From NCBI GenBank assembly GCA_030295235.1, contig AP026127.1, forward strand, positions 806,001 through 870,000: a stretch of 64,000 nt of DNA, read 5' to 3'. Each line of letters starts with the position of its first letter. The stretch's first letter is position 1. Origin of the DNA: Fistulifera solaris. Lineage: Eukaryota. A model generated the notes under the pieces. The model ran no database searches and was not told the origin of the DNA. It worked only from the letters and a program-made list of their open reading frames with translations. A program made the translations under genes and the position numbers. This document shows positions 1-11,989 of this stretch, piece after piece.

Positions 1-344
1 GAATTTTGTATTCTTGCGTCCGTTCCGTTCTCGCATTAATGTCACAGAGGATCCAAACATAAGCCCCGCTTTGATTGTATAGCCCCAAAAGACCTCTTTT
101 CTATCTCAACGCTTTCGATACTTATTTCGATAGTCTTTGCAAATTTTCTCTGTCTAGGCTCTAAAGTACAATCCGAAACATTTGCATGACCGCATTCTCC
201 GAGTTTTGTTCCACCGATCCGCGCCCGCGCCAAATGCCACATGCTCCAAAAAAATAATGAAAAAATGAGCGTCACTCATCGGTCACCCAAATCTTTCTTT
301 GCGCTAGTAACGTAAAGGTATCATTGAAGGTGTGAATATACAAA

Positions 345-1394
345 ATGATATCGAGCATAGAATGGATTCCCTCAAGTTCCAACAGGATCGAAAAAGCTTC
401 AACAGTTAGTAAAATCCCAATGAAGGAGAAGATGCGATTACAGGATCGTTGGCGACAGGCTTCCGAACGATGCCAACATATCGAGACAGCGCGAGCTTCA
501 GGATCCACAACAGTGGTGCATCAAATGGATGTTGTGTTTGGTTCCGATCCTGAAACTAGTAGCGATCACATCGGAAATATCCAGTTTCATCACCTCGTGG
601 AGTACAACAAATCCATTTGGCAAGCGCTTCCGAAGCGAAATCGTATCTTGGTTGCACGCTCCATAGTTGACACGATCATGCGAAGTGGAGGCCGATTTCT
701 AAGCCAAGAAAGCATCTGTGTCAAGGACAGAAATGTTGCTCACTGGACTGTGATGAGTTACGGCGAGGCCATTCTGAAAACGATGGACGCGTTAAGTGAG
801 AGTAGCAGGTCGATAGTCTTCGCCCCTCTTGGTCGACTCCGAAACGATGAAATGAACGACAAACCACCCATTCACTCGTTTACCAAATCGCTTGCCAATG
901 GTCCTATTGCAAAAGAGAAGGAGCGAGAGAGTTCTACTGTGTGGCGTTCAATGCAAGACAACTTTACAAAATCCGATTATGACTGTGCGGAAGTGAGTTC
1001 TGAGATAGGAGGTAAAGGTAGAGCCGCAGCAGCGTCAAAGGGAAAATACGCCACTTTTCGTCCTCTAAAACTCCAGTCAAGGTATCAGGGCCCGACATAT
1101 GCTGACAATAACATTGCGAAAACGCTCGTTTCATCTGAAATCTTGTCGTCGTCATCTACCGAAACGACCTCCGAATCTACATGCAGTGAAGATAGTCCGG
1201 AAAGTAGCAGCGAACATGACCAAGCGACCAGGTCAAATATCTGGCGATTTGGCTCATTCAATGTCGCTTCTTTTCGAACTGGACTCAAGAAGGTGAATCG
1301 AGTGGCTCGACAACCTTTTCGGAGCAAGCGACTTCATCCTATCGTAAAATTGCATGAGACAGGATCCAGCACAGTACTAAGTGGATCTTGGTAG
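345..1394 (+). CDS. DUF6824-like domain protein (family expanded in diatoms) with Ser-rich disordered C-terminus
   Basis: 349-aa ORF. The segment DVVFG..HIGNIQFHHLV..ARSIVDTI..GGRFL..W..EAILKT..AL matches my recollection of the DUF6824 pattern. Confidence 0.6.
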   Translation: MISSIEWIPSSSNRIEKASTVSKIPMKEKMRLQDRWRQASERCQHIETARASGSTTVVHQMDVVFGSDPETSSDHIGNIQFHHLVEYNKSIWQALPKRNRILVARSIVDTIMRSGGRFLSQESICVKDRNVAHWTVMSYGEAILKTMDALSESSRSIVFAPLGRLRNDEMNDKPPIHSFTKSLANGPIAKEKERESSTVWRSMQDNFTKSDYDCAEVSSEIGGKGRAAAASKGKYATFRPLKLQSRYQGPTYADNNIAKTLVSSEILSSSSTETTSESTCSEDSPESSSEHDQATRSNIWRFGSFNVASFRTGLKKVNRVARQPFRSKRLHPIVKLHETGSSTVLSGSW

Positions 1395-1660
1395 GCCTTT
1401 TTGTTACCGATCATCGTACTCCCGTGTAACTACTTTCATACACTTCCTGGATGGTTTCCGTGGGTAAAATTGTGTATGAACTGCTTCCTTCTTGCCATTA
1501 TAAAAAATATATAACGGCACGCTGCTTGTTTCAAAGATGAATTTGGAGAGGCGTTCCAGTGGATACTGGGCATAATATCTCGCACTTTTAAAGCTTTAAC
1601 AATGAAGCTGTCGGCTATCCAGCCGGAGCCGGTTATAATGGTGTTGGCAAAATAGGCGAG

Positions 1661-1719
1661 ATCCGGGTTAGCCTCTGTCGATAAATTTCCTACGGCGGCT
1701 ACGTGAAATACACGTCGAC
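1661..1719 (-). repeat. solo copy of a ~60-bp dispersed palindromic element (four more copies at 29983-30667)
   Basis: Reverse complement gtcgacgtgtatttcacgtagccgccgtaggaaatttatcgacagaggctaacccggat aligns by eye with the units at 29983, 30176, 30387 and 30609. Confidence 0.8.
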
Positions 1720-1941
1720 TTTCGAAGACATTTCCATGACCACTGCGACGAAGCGTTTTTTCGTTCGGAGGTTGAACTTTTATTCTCTTTCTCTTCCGGT
1801 CAAAAGCAGTTCATTATAGACCTTTGATACAACTATTATATGTTCATTATCAGTTAATACATTCTTATTTGTCAATTAACAATGGTTTTACGGCTGATTT
1901 GCTGAGAAAGTTGCTCTTGTAACGTCTCAAATCCCACAACA

Positions 1942-4187
1942 ATGAGGATGGACCGTTTTTCCCGGACTACGGACGGCAGGAATTGGCTGCTGGTGGCGTC
2001 ATTTTTCGGTGGTGTGCTGTCGTCGTCTTTAGTTTGGTATCTATCAACGCTGAAGAGTCACGGCGATGAGAACAGCCGGGCGCTGTTCTTTTTGAAAGGG
2101 GCCATGAACATGGACGATATTCGCGAGTCGCTGGAGGAGCTCAAAAACATATTGAATGATCTTCCCGTTTCGTTTGATGATTTGAAACATCGAATAGGAG
2201 AACTACCGGCTTTTAAGAAGCGCCGACCATGGCCTTGGGATCGTCGAAAACGAAAGAAAACGCAAGACAGTGTCGAAGGGAAGCATGGAGAAGAGGGCAG
2301 TCATCACTCGTCCGCGGACAAGCAGAATTCATTTAATGGTTCTTCACCAGCTAGTCCTTCGCTTAAATCCGATTTTTGTATTGGGAGTATTTTTGGAATG
2401 GATGTCGGAGGTACACTTGCCAAACTGGTGTATTTTGAACAAAGAGCGCCGGTCAATTCGACGACGGATTCGATAGGTCACCGCGACCGCCTCTATCGCA
2501 ACGCCGCTAGCGCTCAGACTGTTTTCATGGCAAGACAGGGTCTCCAAAGTGGACAGACAGCTCCTAATTTTACATTGAGACCTTTGCGTCAGTCGTCTCT
2601 GGTAGATCTGGAGAGTAATGTTGATCGCGAACGCCATTGGTCAGACGAAAAACGACGCAAGTCAGAGATTGCCATTTCATCCCCCAAACGTAACACGCCA
2701 TCCAAAGCTTCCAGCGATGACCTACTACACCTTAAATGGATGCGTCAACAGAGTGAACCCGATAATTTGCAAGCGTATGCGGATTCTGTTGATAATCCTC
2801 CACTGCCAAAGAGTACTTCTTTCACAGACAACGCACTCGACGATCTAGATCACGACATGCATAAGAATCAATCGCAGCCTACGAATAGTATGCGTCGTTC
2901 AAGATCCATGCTGGATTTTAGTCGCGACCGGGCCGAAGCACTGGACCAATTTTATAGTTTTGCTCGGAGACTCGATTCCTATCGTGAAGGTGTAAAGGAT
3001 GACAAACTTAGCTTTTATAGTCGGGAGCTTCAAGGCGAATTCCACTTTGTTCATTTCGAAACCCGTCGAATGCAACAGGCCATGGACTTAATAAGGACCA
3101 ATAATCTACACTTGAATATAAAAAAGATGGGTGCTACCGGAGGAGGGGCCCACAAATTTGCTGCGGAGTGGGAAAAGAACTGGGGATTATCATGCACAAA
3201 GAGGATGAGCTTGATTCTCTGGTTGCCGGCATGCAGTTTGTTTTGAGAACGGTGGTGGGCGAATGCTATTCATTCCGTCCTGCAACTGACACGAGCTCTA
3301 CTAGTTCTGTAAATCTTTCGCGGGCAACATCTTTCCGCAATGAGCCATCGTCTTCATTCGAATCTGAGAGTGAGCTCAGTTTGACGAAAGGAACATCCGT
3401 TAACGGGCAGGAAGTTGAAGGTGTTTTTATACCCGAAACTCCGCCACTGGCTGTGGATGAATGGTGGTGGTCAAGGAAAGTACGCCGCGACACTGTCTCA
3501 AGTTCTGAGACCTATCCCTATCTTTTGGTCTCCATTGGAACAGGAGTGAGTATCCTCCGAGTCGATGGGCCACGGAAATACGAGCGAATCTCGGGTTCTA
3601 CAATCGGAGGTGGAACGTACTGGGGTTTGATCCGTCTGTTGACCGACATTGAAGACTTTGACGACGTGATGAGAATGGTAGCAAATGGAGACCCAACGAA
3701 AGTAGATATGATGGTCGGGGATATTTATGGAGATAAGAGTGATGCTTTAGAAAAGCTTGGTCTCCCTGCCAACTTAGTTGCATCTTCTTTTGGAAAATTG
3801 GTTGCCAAAGAAGATCCAGCTTCCGGACTGAAACAAGAAGACCTGGCGAGAGCGTTGCTCATGATGATTACGAATAACATCGGCCAAGTCGCATACCTCA
3901 ACGCCAAGCTCTCAAAAACTAAACGCATCTATTTCATTGGTAATTTCCTGAGACAAAATAAGATATCACAACGGCGGCTAAGTTATGCGATCGATTACTG
4001 GTCAAAGGGTGAGATGGAAGCTCTTTTTTTAGAGCACGAAGGCTATTTTGGCGCTTTGGGAGCGTTTCTTCTCAGTCAAAATGTGAACGAACCATCGGAC
4101 GCAGAAGAAAAAGCTGGTCGCACCGAAGTATTTTTTAAGCCAGCATCCAGCGAAGAAAAGAAAATGACTCGCCGCCCTTCACTCTGA
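1942..4187 (+). CDS. PANK: type II (eukaryotic, Fumble-family) pantothenate kinase with N-terminal hydrophobic segment; 1-nt frameshift near 3173
   Basis: Motifs GMDVGGTLAKLVYF, GATGGGAHKF, YPYLLVSIGTGVSIL, GSTIGGGTYWGL, VDMMVGDIYG, ASSFGK and FLEHEGYFGALGAFL. ORFs 1942-3246 and 3168-4187 join if one A is added in gaaaag (EWEKELGII). Confidence 0.92.
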
Positions 4188-4239
4188 TATTTGTCAACAG
4201 TATGGTTAATGCTACCCTCTTTTTGTCGCTCTCCTTTTA

Positions 4240-5407
4240 TCACTGCCGCTTATCGAGCAGTTTCATCATGCTTTGTTTCGTTTCCTCATAAGTTGCGAAT
4301 TGAATCGCACCACTAATCATGGCTTTCCCTACTCGAGGGACCGCTCCAGCAAACAGTCCCGATAAGCCTTCTGTTTGGGCCAGTCCGACGAGAGTTGCAA
4401 GATAATTTGTATTGCTTTTGCTTTGTAGTTTCTGATGTAGTCGTCTTTGCCATGAGACGATTTCGAACGACATCCAGCGGTGTCGTCATGAATTGCGACA
4501 AGGCTGTGGCGGCCGCTCCCACCAAGGCACCTTCTGCGGGAGTGACGGGACGGCCACCGGCCAATTGTTCGTAAAGGACAAATTTCAAAACGTCGGCTGG
4601 ATACGCGTACAAGATATTTTCCCAATATCCCACATAGTAGCCTTCCCATAGTGGTACGTTGGTTCGATTGTTCAAAATGTCTGCGCGGACGCGGGTGAAA
4701 GCTTCCCAAGGATTGGTGGTGTTGACATATCCTTCAATACCCGCTTGTTGTCGCGTCTTGACAACTTCGCTCGGATTGCGGACCAGCCAGTAAGGAATTT
4801 GGGCGATCCCTACCGCCAAGGAAGTGGAGAGCCATTTAGGAATGTCATCTGCAGACGACGCCGCTAACACCGCTTTGGTGGCATCTTTTACGGCAAAAAA
4901 GACAGCACCGGCGGGAATATTCGACAAAAGAGGCACCGTAATGCCGCGATAGCTTCCTTTGAGTAGGTTGGGTAAATCAAATATGGAATAGGGCGAATTG
5001 GGCATTTGCAAACGCACGGTGGCCGTGTCGAGTGGGTATTTGACGAGTGTTTTTGTGACGGGAAGACTGGCACCCGCCACCATCCCCGACAATGATTCTT
5101 GTACGGTTCGCTGAACTGTCGTGTCGCTGACTTGTTTCAGTTCTGCCAATGATTCGGCGGCTCGAGTCGACGGGCTGGATGCCGTGAGAGCAACTCCCCC
5201 GATGAAAAGTGATGTAAGAAACGATTTCCGTGTCACTGGAACGCTATTGAAGCGTTCAGAGTGACTATCCAGTGTCATAGCGATGGCTGTGGTTCTATCC
5301 GAGAGATTCACATGGCTCCGCCTTCTTGTCAAATCGATCGGTTCGACCTGAAAGCAACTTGCTACGGGCGGTGAGACAATGAGGAAAACAAGTCGTAATT
5401 TCCTCAT
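4240..5407 (-). CDS. mitochondrial carrier family protein (SAM-carrier-like), probably plastid-targeted; frameshift near 4410-4430
   Basis: Three carrier signatures: YPLDTATVRLQ, NPSEVVKTRQQ and TPLDVVRNRLM. The C-terminal EGLSGLFAGAVPRV..IQFATYE lies in a second frame. N-terminal signal peptide ends VASC-F. Confidence 0.85.
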
Positions 5408-5572
5408 GTTTTTGAACTCCTGTTGCTCGTCCTGATTGTGCTACATACAACAAGGAATGAAGAATGAGATTCGCAACACAAAGGGATAGTTTATAAGAAA
5501 CCGATTCATGTTGTGCCCATTCATTACGAGTATGCGTTCTTGCTTAGTTGGCAAAAACCATGATGGAGTGAT

Positions 5573-6070
5573 GTGGTATTTCACGTTCCCAGGAAATCTA
5601 TAAGCGTGTGGTATTAACGTTGGTCCAGAAAATCTGGACCAGCTGTATTTCTCACATTCCCAGGAAATCTGGGGTTTGGTATTTACGTTGGTCCAGAAAA
5701 TCTGGACCAACTGTATTTTCAGGTTCTCAGGAAATCTGGGAGTGTGGTATTAACGTTGATCGAGAAAATGTGTTTTCACGTTCCCAGGAAATCTGGGAGT
5801 GTGGTATTAACGTTGGTCCAGAAAATCTGGACCAGCTCTATTTTCACGTTCCCAGGAAATCTGGGTGAGTGTATTTAAGTTGGTCCAGAAAAATCTGGAC
5901 CAGTTGTATTTTCACGCTCGCAGGAAATCTGGGTGAGTAGTATTTAACGTTGGTCCAGAAAATCTGGACCTGCTGTATTTTCACGCTCCCAGGAAATCTG
6001 GGGGTGTGGTGTTTACGTTGGTCCAGAAAATCTGGACCACTTGTATTTTCACGTTCCCAGGAAATCTGGG
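5573..6070. repeat. tandem array, ~7 units of ~68 bp, each made of two related ~34-bp hairpin subunits
   Basis: ggtccagaaaatctggacc (or a near copy) at ~5622, 5690, 5815, 5882, 5952 and 6020, with a degenerate copy near 5758, alternating with cccaggaaatctggg. Confidence 0.95.
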
Positions 6071-6330
6071 GGAGACCTCTCTTGGTATCGCGCGAAATGA
6101 TCGCGCACTTTCGAATTCGATTGTTTCCGAGAAAAATAAAGAAAAGATCCGCCGTTTCGCGGCAAAACACACGTGAAATGAAAAAGACATCTTCTTTCTT
6201 TATCATTTAAGAGCACGGTTGTTGCTGCTAAACCTCGTATCTAGAGTAATTTCATTCAAAAAGTCCAGCATAGTCCCCATTAGCGACGACAGAATCTACA
6301 GATCCCTCAACGAGACCGCTCGATGCACAG

Positions 6331-7913
6331 ATGAGGCGATTCGTGTTCTTGCGCCTTCTCCTCCTGCTCTGGCACGTCACAACGTCGAGTGCGCTTCCTC
6401 CCATTGAAGTCCATGGATACAAGTTTTTCGACAACAACACGGGCGAAGAATTTGTCGTACGAGGTATCGATTACTATCCGCGTCCGAACTATGGCGACTT
6501 GAATCACAATTCACTCGATTTGTTTTCGAATCAGTATCGACACATCTGGGAACGAGACGTCGTTTATCTTCAAAACTTGAAGGTCAACGTCGTGCGACTG
6601 TACGCCGTAAATGCCTCGCAAAACCATGATGATTTCATGTAAGTCCATTTTGGTGTGCAAAAACTCGCAATGGATATACTTCCGTTGGATCTCACTATAA
6701 CGTTAGGCACGCCATGGAAAAGGCCGGCATCTACGTCATTGTGGCTCTCGCGCATGATTGCCCAACCTGCGCCATCACGCGAGACGCGGTTCCCGATTGT
6801 TATCCACCCGAACTCAAATTGCAAGGGCAGCGTGTCATTCGAGCCTTTCGGCAATACAATAATACTCTGGCTTTTTCGGCAGGAAATGAAGTCAATCACT
6901 TCGCGCCACCCAATCAACCGGAATGGAATGCACCGTGTCAAAAGAAATTTATTCGGGATATGAGAAAATACATGGTTGCATGTCCTGGACGTCACATTCC
7001 GATCGGATTGGTGTCGGCCGACAATGAACGAGAAAATCTCGCACAGTATTACAATTGCTACGAACAGGATGACTATGATCGCGCCGAGTGGTACGGAATC
7101 AATACGTACGTTTCTTGTGATGGTGCGGCCAAAACCTACAGCGATGCTCCGGGATTTAAACTGCTCGAAGAAAGCTTTGCTCGATTGAATTATTCGATTC
7201 CGGTTTTGTTGACCGAATTTGGTTGCTTGTCCGATTCGTTCCCCACCATTGATGGTTACGAAGGACAGCGGAATTTCTTACAAGGCAAATGGCTGTTGGA
7301 AGAACCCTCATTACGAGAGCAATTCAGTGGCGGCATCGCTTTTGAATATTCTATAGAGAGGGAAAATGCCGGTCAGTATCCATTTAAGACGTTCAATAAG
7401 CAAGGTTACGGCGTGGGGTATTTTTCACCCGAGCTGTGCGATGATATCAATGTCACTTGCGAATACAATCCAATGCCATCCTATAAGGCTTTACGAAACG
7501 TCTACGCCGAATCCCAGAATGTTACCACCATTCGAATAGAAGACTTTCAGATTGCGGCAAGTCGTTCAGGGAGTAGTCATTGCCCGACACGGTTTGACCG
7601 TATCGATTCCTTCGTTTGGAAAGCCGATCAGACTCCTGATTTGGTCTGCGCTGCCGAAGACGAAACAAGCGCTTCGATCGGCCATCAACAATCAGTGATT
7701 GCTCGAGAAACTGGCTTCACGAAATTGAGTGGAGGAAACGTTGCTTTGGTGGTAAGCTCACTCCTGATACTTGGGATTGGAGTCTATTACAAACGCTGGC
7801 GGCATGAGACTCCAATTACGTCGAACAACGGTGATGAGGATGCCGGACCCGACGATTCTGTCCCTTTCCTTTCGTTACAAGGATTTAAAGACAATTATAA
7901 TTCGATTGCATAG
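6331..7913 (+). CDS. GH72 1,3-beta-glucanosyltransferase (Gas/Gel-like) with signal peptide and C-terminal TM; intron 6639-6706
   Basis: Motifs LPPIEVHGYKFF..GEEFVVRGIDY, NVVRLYAVN..NHDDFM..AGIYV, YNNTLAFSAGNEV, IRDMRKY, GINTY, PVLLTEFGC and FSGGIAFEYS. The intron GTAAGT..CTCAC..TTAG restores the frame. Confidence 0.9.
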
Positions 7914-8322
7914 GACCCATACATCTTTACACCGGTATACTTAACCGTCAAGTAACACAGTGGCATCGACGATCAACAATAATCAAAGATGATCATCCTT
8001 TGCCGATCGATTGAAGCGATAACAAGAGAGGCAATAACCAAAAAATGAGACGTGCAACTTTCAGAAGCATTCTACTTGATCGAATATAACTAGATTGTGT
8101 ACTTCTAGTACCAGTGCGGTTCACTTTAAAACGTCTTGACTTCAACTTCCGTTTTGATTGGCTAAAAAGCATTCGCATCCATTTCAAGGTATCTTCTTTC
8201 AAAATTGTCAGCACTTTCGTCGAAGTACCCGATCCAAGATTGCACCAGATGATGTCAATCCATCGAAAGATCCGATCCATCACTTCACAACAATATCAAT
8301 CGAGTACTGAACCCCATTCATT

Positions 8323-9111
8323 ATGCTATTCCGTCAAGCTTTCCGTAAATTGTCGCACACGGTTGGTCGCCGTGCAAAGAGCACTGCTACATTTGGTGAC
8401 GAAGGAGCGTCTTCGTCTGGTAGCGGGGCCCTGTTGGCTGCCGTTGGTACCACCTTTGTCACGTATATGACCGCCGATTTCCTTTCAAACTTCATCCAGC
8501 ACCCGACTCAGCAGGTAAGTTGTACCTTTTGTTCTGCAAAAAAGGCTTTAGTCTTGCCTTTACTCACTCCTTCGGACTCAGATGGACTACGGTTACTTCA
8601 ACCAATTCATTGGCCGGCCTGTGACCAGTAATTGGTGGGGAACTCGCACTGAGCATATTGTCGGCGTAGCGGCCTGTCTTGCCGTGACGGATCATGCTTC
8701 CCAGGCGTACTTCTCCAAGTTTTGGCTGGGTGGACGCGTTCTAAGTTTTGCCGCTGCCCCTGCCACTTTTGTGGCGCACACCTTCTTTTCATCTTCACGG
8801 GCGTAACCTTGTACGTAGGTGCCGATGCAGCATTCAATCCTCAGCATGCGGGAAAACGCTCTGAAGAGTTCTTCTCGGGAACTTACTCATCGGCAGTTGG
8901 ATCGTGCACGGCATGGTATGAGCCCTACGTGTCTCCGGCTCTGGCTCGAATTGCCGGACCCGCCATCGCAGGAAGCTGGGTCGGCTCCTCGCTTCTTCCA
9001 GCAACACTTGCTTACTCTACCGTCAAAGGATGCGGATGGAACGATTGGGGTAATAGTGGTTTGAATGATTTGGAGCTTAGTCTCAACGGACTTACTGGGG
9101 ACAAGGAATAG
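8323..9111 (+). CDS. uncharacterised multi-pass membrane protein with mitochondrial-type presequence; intron 8515-8581; frameshift near 8785
   Basis: Arg-rich, acid-poor N-terminus MLFRQAFRKLSHTVGRRAKS. The GT-AG intron joins HPTQQ to MDYGYF in frame. The T-run at ~8787 links HTFF to FIFTGVTLY. Confidence 0.7.
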
Positions 9112-9210
9112 AAGATTAGTCTATCCATAGTTTAAGATATAGTGTTATTGATCAATACATTTATTGCTGGTAGACGTGATTGATGATCACTAGCTGCGCC
9201 TCGCACAAAC

Positions 9211-11944
9211 TCACAACAATCCCTGTTCTTTACGTTCCATGTACTCGGCGAGGCTGATTCCCTTTCGAACTCGGTTCGCTCGGATTGCTTTCTTGCGGCT
9301 GCCTCCAAGAATTGTATCCATAACTGTGGCTTGCGCCAGGCTTTCTTCATCGATCGTAAACTGGTGTCTGTCTCGGAGAGCTGCAGCTTTACCCTGGGAT
9401 TCGTAAACCAGTGTGGGAGTCTGCGCCTCGGTAGATACTACACCGCCGGCGTTTTCCTTCGCGCCTCCTTCGCTTTCTTTCGTCTCCTCGGACTTCTTTT
9501 CTTCATCGTTGGTTTGTCCTACTTCCCACAAAATCTTCGGTTTCACGCGGCGGCGAGCATAGGGGTTGAACGCGACTTTTTCAGCTGCACCGTTTGTTCC
9601 CTCTTTCATTGACTTATTAGCCTCGCGATCAGCGCGCTGATTCGCTTGGACCGCACGCTCGTTAACCTTTGCCCAATTCATGTCCTTTGCACGGCTGCTC
9701 AATTTTTTCTTCCTATTTTCGACGATCTCTTTCATTGTGCGTTCTTCGTTTAGCAGCTCCTCGAGACGCTTTTGGGCTGCCTCGTACACTTTTTCGGCTT
9801 CGCGGACGTTTCTGGTCAGTTCTGTTTCGTCGGCGATACTTTCAGATTCCATCAACGCTTTCTTTGCGTCGCTTAGCCGACTGTCCATCTCCGCAGCATA
9901 TTCTCGAGCGGCTTGTACAGCAATTGCCATTTTGGTTTGTTCCAAGCCGAGATTACCAGATTTCTTTCCCAGTTTCTTGCGTTGCTCCAAGTTTCGCTCG
10001 ATATCCTCCGTCGTGTAGGTATAGTTGGTGACAAGGTCATCTTGCAAGCGACGGAGTTTATTTGCCCGGCGCTTTGTTAAGACGTCCAGTCTGTGATTCT
10101 TTTGCGTAGTGACATATTTGACGACATCGATTTCTTCAGGAGCAGCATCCGAGATCAAAAACATTGGAAAGTCACGCTCACTAGTTCCAAATTTCAAACG
10201 GAGTGTTTTGTTGGTAGAAACGGGTTTGTCGCCTTTTTTCGCCACAGGAAATTTGTAAGTTTTATTTGTTGTGACAACATCGACAATCTCGCAAAGCCGA
10301 TAAACCTTTTCACCATTCTCGTCTTCACCAATGAACAACCGAACGAAGCATTCCAAAATCGCAGCGTTGAAAAAGGGCTCGTTGCACCAACGAGCAAGTC
10401 TACGTCGAGGGATTGTAACTTTTAAAAAGTCCTCGAGTCCAGCTTCTACATCTGTTAACGCTTTCGCCGCGCGGACTTCCTTCTTTTTGCAACAGCCTCC
10501 TCTTCGTCCTCGTCATCTATATCCATATCGTCGCTAGAGTCACCTGCTTTATCAAGTCTTGAAACAGTCGAACGGGCTGCTCGGTCTTTTTTCTGCCACG
10601 GCTTCAACTGCACATCCTCGTCGTAGTCTTCGTCCGAATCGTCATCATCGTCGTCAAATCCAAGATCACTATCGTCAGATGAATCGTCTCGTTGCTGCTG
10701 TTGTTGGAGTTTCTTTTCCTTTTTAAGAGCAGCAAGGGCGGCGGCTTTCTTACTTTTAGCCCCGGTTTTATCACGGTCTCGGGCAGATTCACGGCGCCCA
10801 GCCAATGTTTTGGCTAGTTCTTCATCTCCTTCAGTCTTAGATTTTTTCGCAGGCTGCTTAGCCGGTGCTGCCTTTCGTTTGCCTGTTTGTGTTTTGCCTT
10901 CTTTTGTAGCCAGCTCATTTTCCTTGCGCCTGCGGGTAATCGCTTGCATGAGAGACATAAACGCACCAAAGAGACATACAAACGAAATATAGTACTTACT
11001 TAGCCTCTCTGATTGCCTTTTTCATGTCCTGCTCCGCTTTCAGCTTATCGAATCGCTCAGCAAGAATAGCTTCACGCTCCAGTTCTGGTAGCGAATCGAG
11101 ATGCTTTCGGTCAGCTTCGTCACGAATCAAAGCTTCTGTGTTATTAATGTCTAATTCTACCTCATCGTCATCATCACTACTGATTTCATCTTCTCCGATC
11201 GGATCATCTTCAACAATGGCCTTCTTTGACGCCGCTGCTCTCTTAGGTCTCGCCTTCGGTGCAACTTCCGCAAAATCTTCGTCGTCATCTTCATCTTCCT
11301 CCACATCGTCGTCACTCGAGTCCGACTCCAGTTCCATCTCATCCTCATCGTCGTCTTCATCTTTGAGAGGTTTACGGAGCTGCTTCCCGCGAGTTCCAGA
11401 GGAAGCAACAATCTTTGCCGCCGCTTTCTTCTTTGCCGGCTCTGTTTTTTTGGGTGCCGGTTGCCGCAATTGCTTTCCGCGAGGTGTTGCCTTTGAAATT
11501 TGGTTCGTTGCCGGTTTTTCAGTTTCTTCCGGCTCCGGTTGTCGCAATTGCTTCCCTCGAGACGGTGAAATCGAAGTTTCAACCTTTATAGCAGGTTCAA
11601 CCGGGGCGGGTTCTGGTGGCCGCAGCTGTTTGCCTCGTGATGGAGATGCAATCTGGTTGACAGAATTAGACGTCTCAGGTTCCTTTTTCAACGCTGTAGG
11701 AGCAATTGCAGAAGACGCGGGCTGTTCTTCTTCAGGTGGACGAAGCGTTTTCCCACGACTTAGATTCGCCAATGCTTTACCACCAGATGCACGCTGCACG
11801 GGCCGAACCGGCGCCTCTTCCTCTTCTTCTGATTCTTCGAGATCATCCTCCGACTCCTCTTCTTCATTGGGTGCCATGCGCGTGAGCGATTTCCCACCAC
11901 TTCGCGGCATAACTTGGTAGGTGGAAGGTTTCTTTTCGGATTCT

Positions 11945-11989
<45 letters not shown>

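Noticed and set aside
3168..3246. Programmed ribosomal frameshifting or pseudogenisation of PANK and other genes
   Set aside because: There is no shared slippery or stop-adjacent motif. All resolved cases are -1 base in homopolymers of essential genes, typical of long-read error.
5573..6070. CRISPR array (also considered for 51289-51590)
   Set aside because: The sequences between palindromes are themselves repeated rather than unique spacers, no cas genes are present, and the context is eukaryotic.
5441..6210. Short ORFs across the 68-bp array (and those at 14915-15196, 15632-15865, 51152-51667)
   Set aside because: They are translations of non-coding tandem repeats, open in several frames with no protein-like features.
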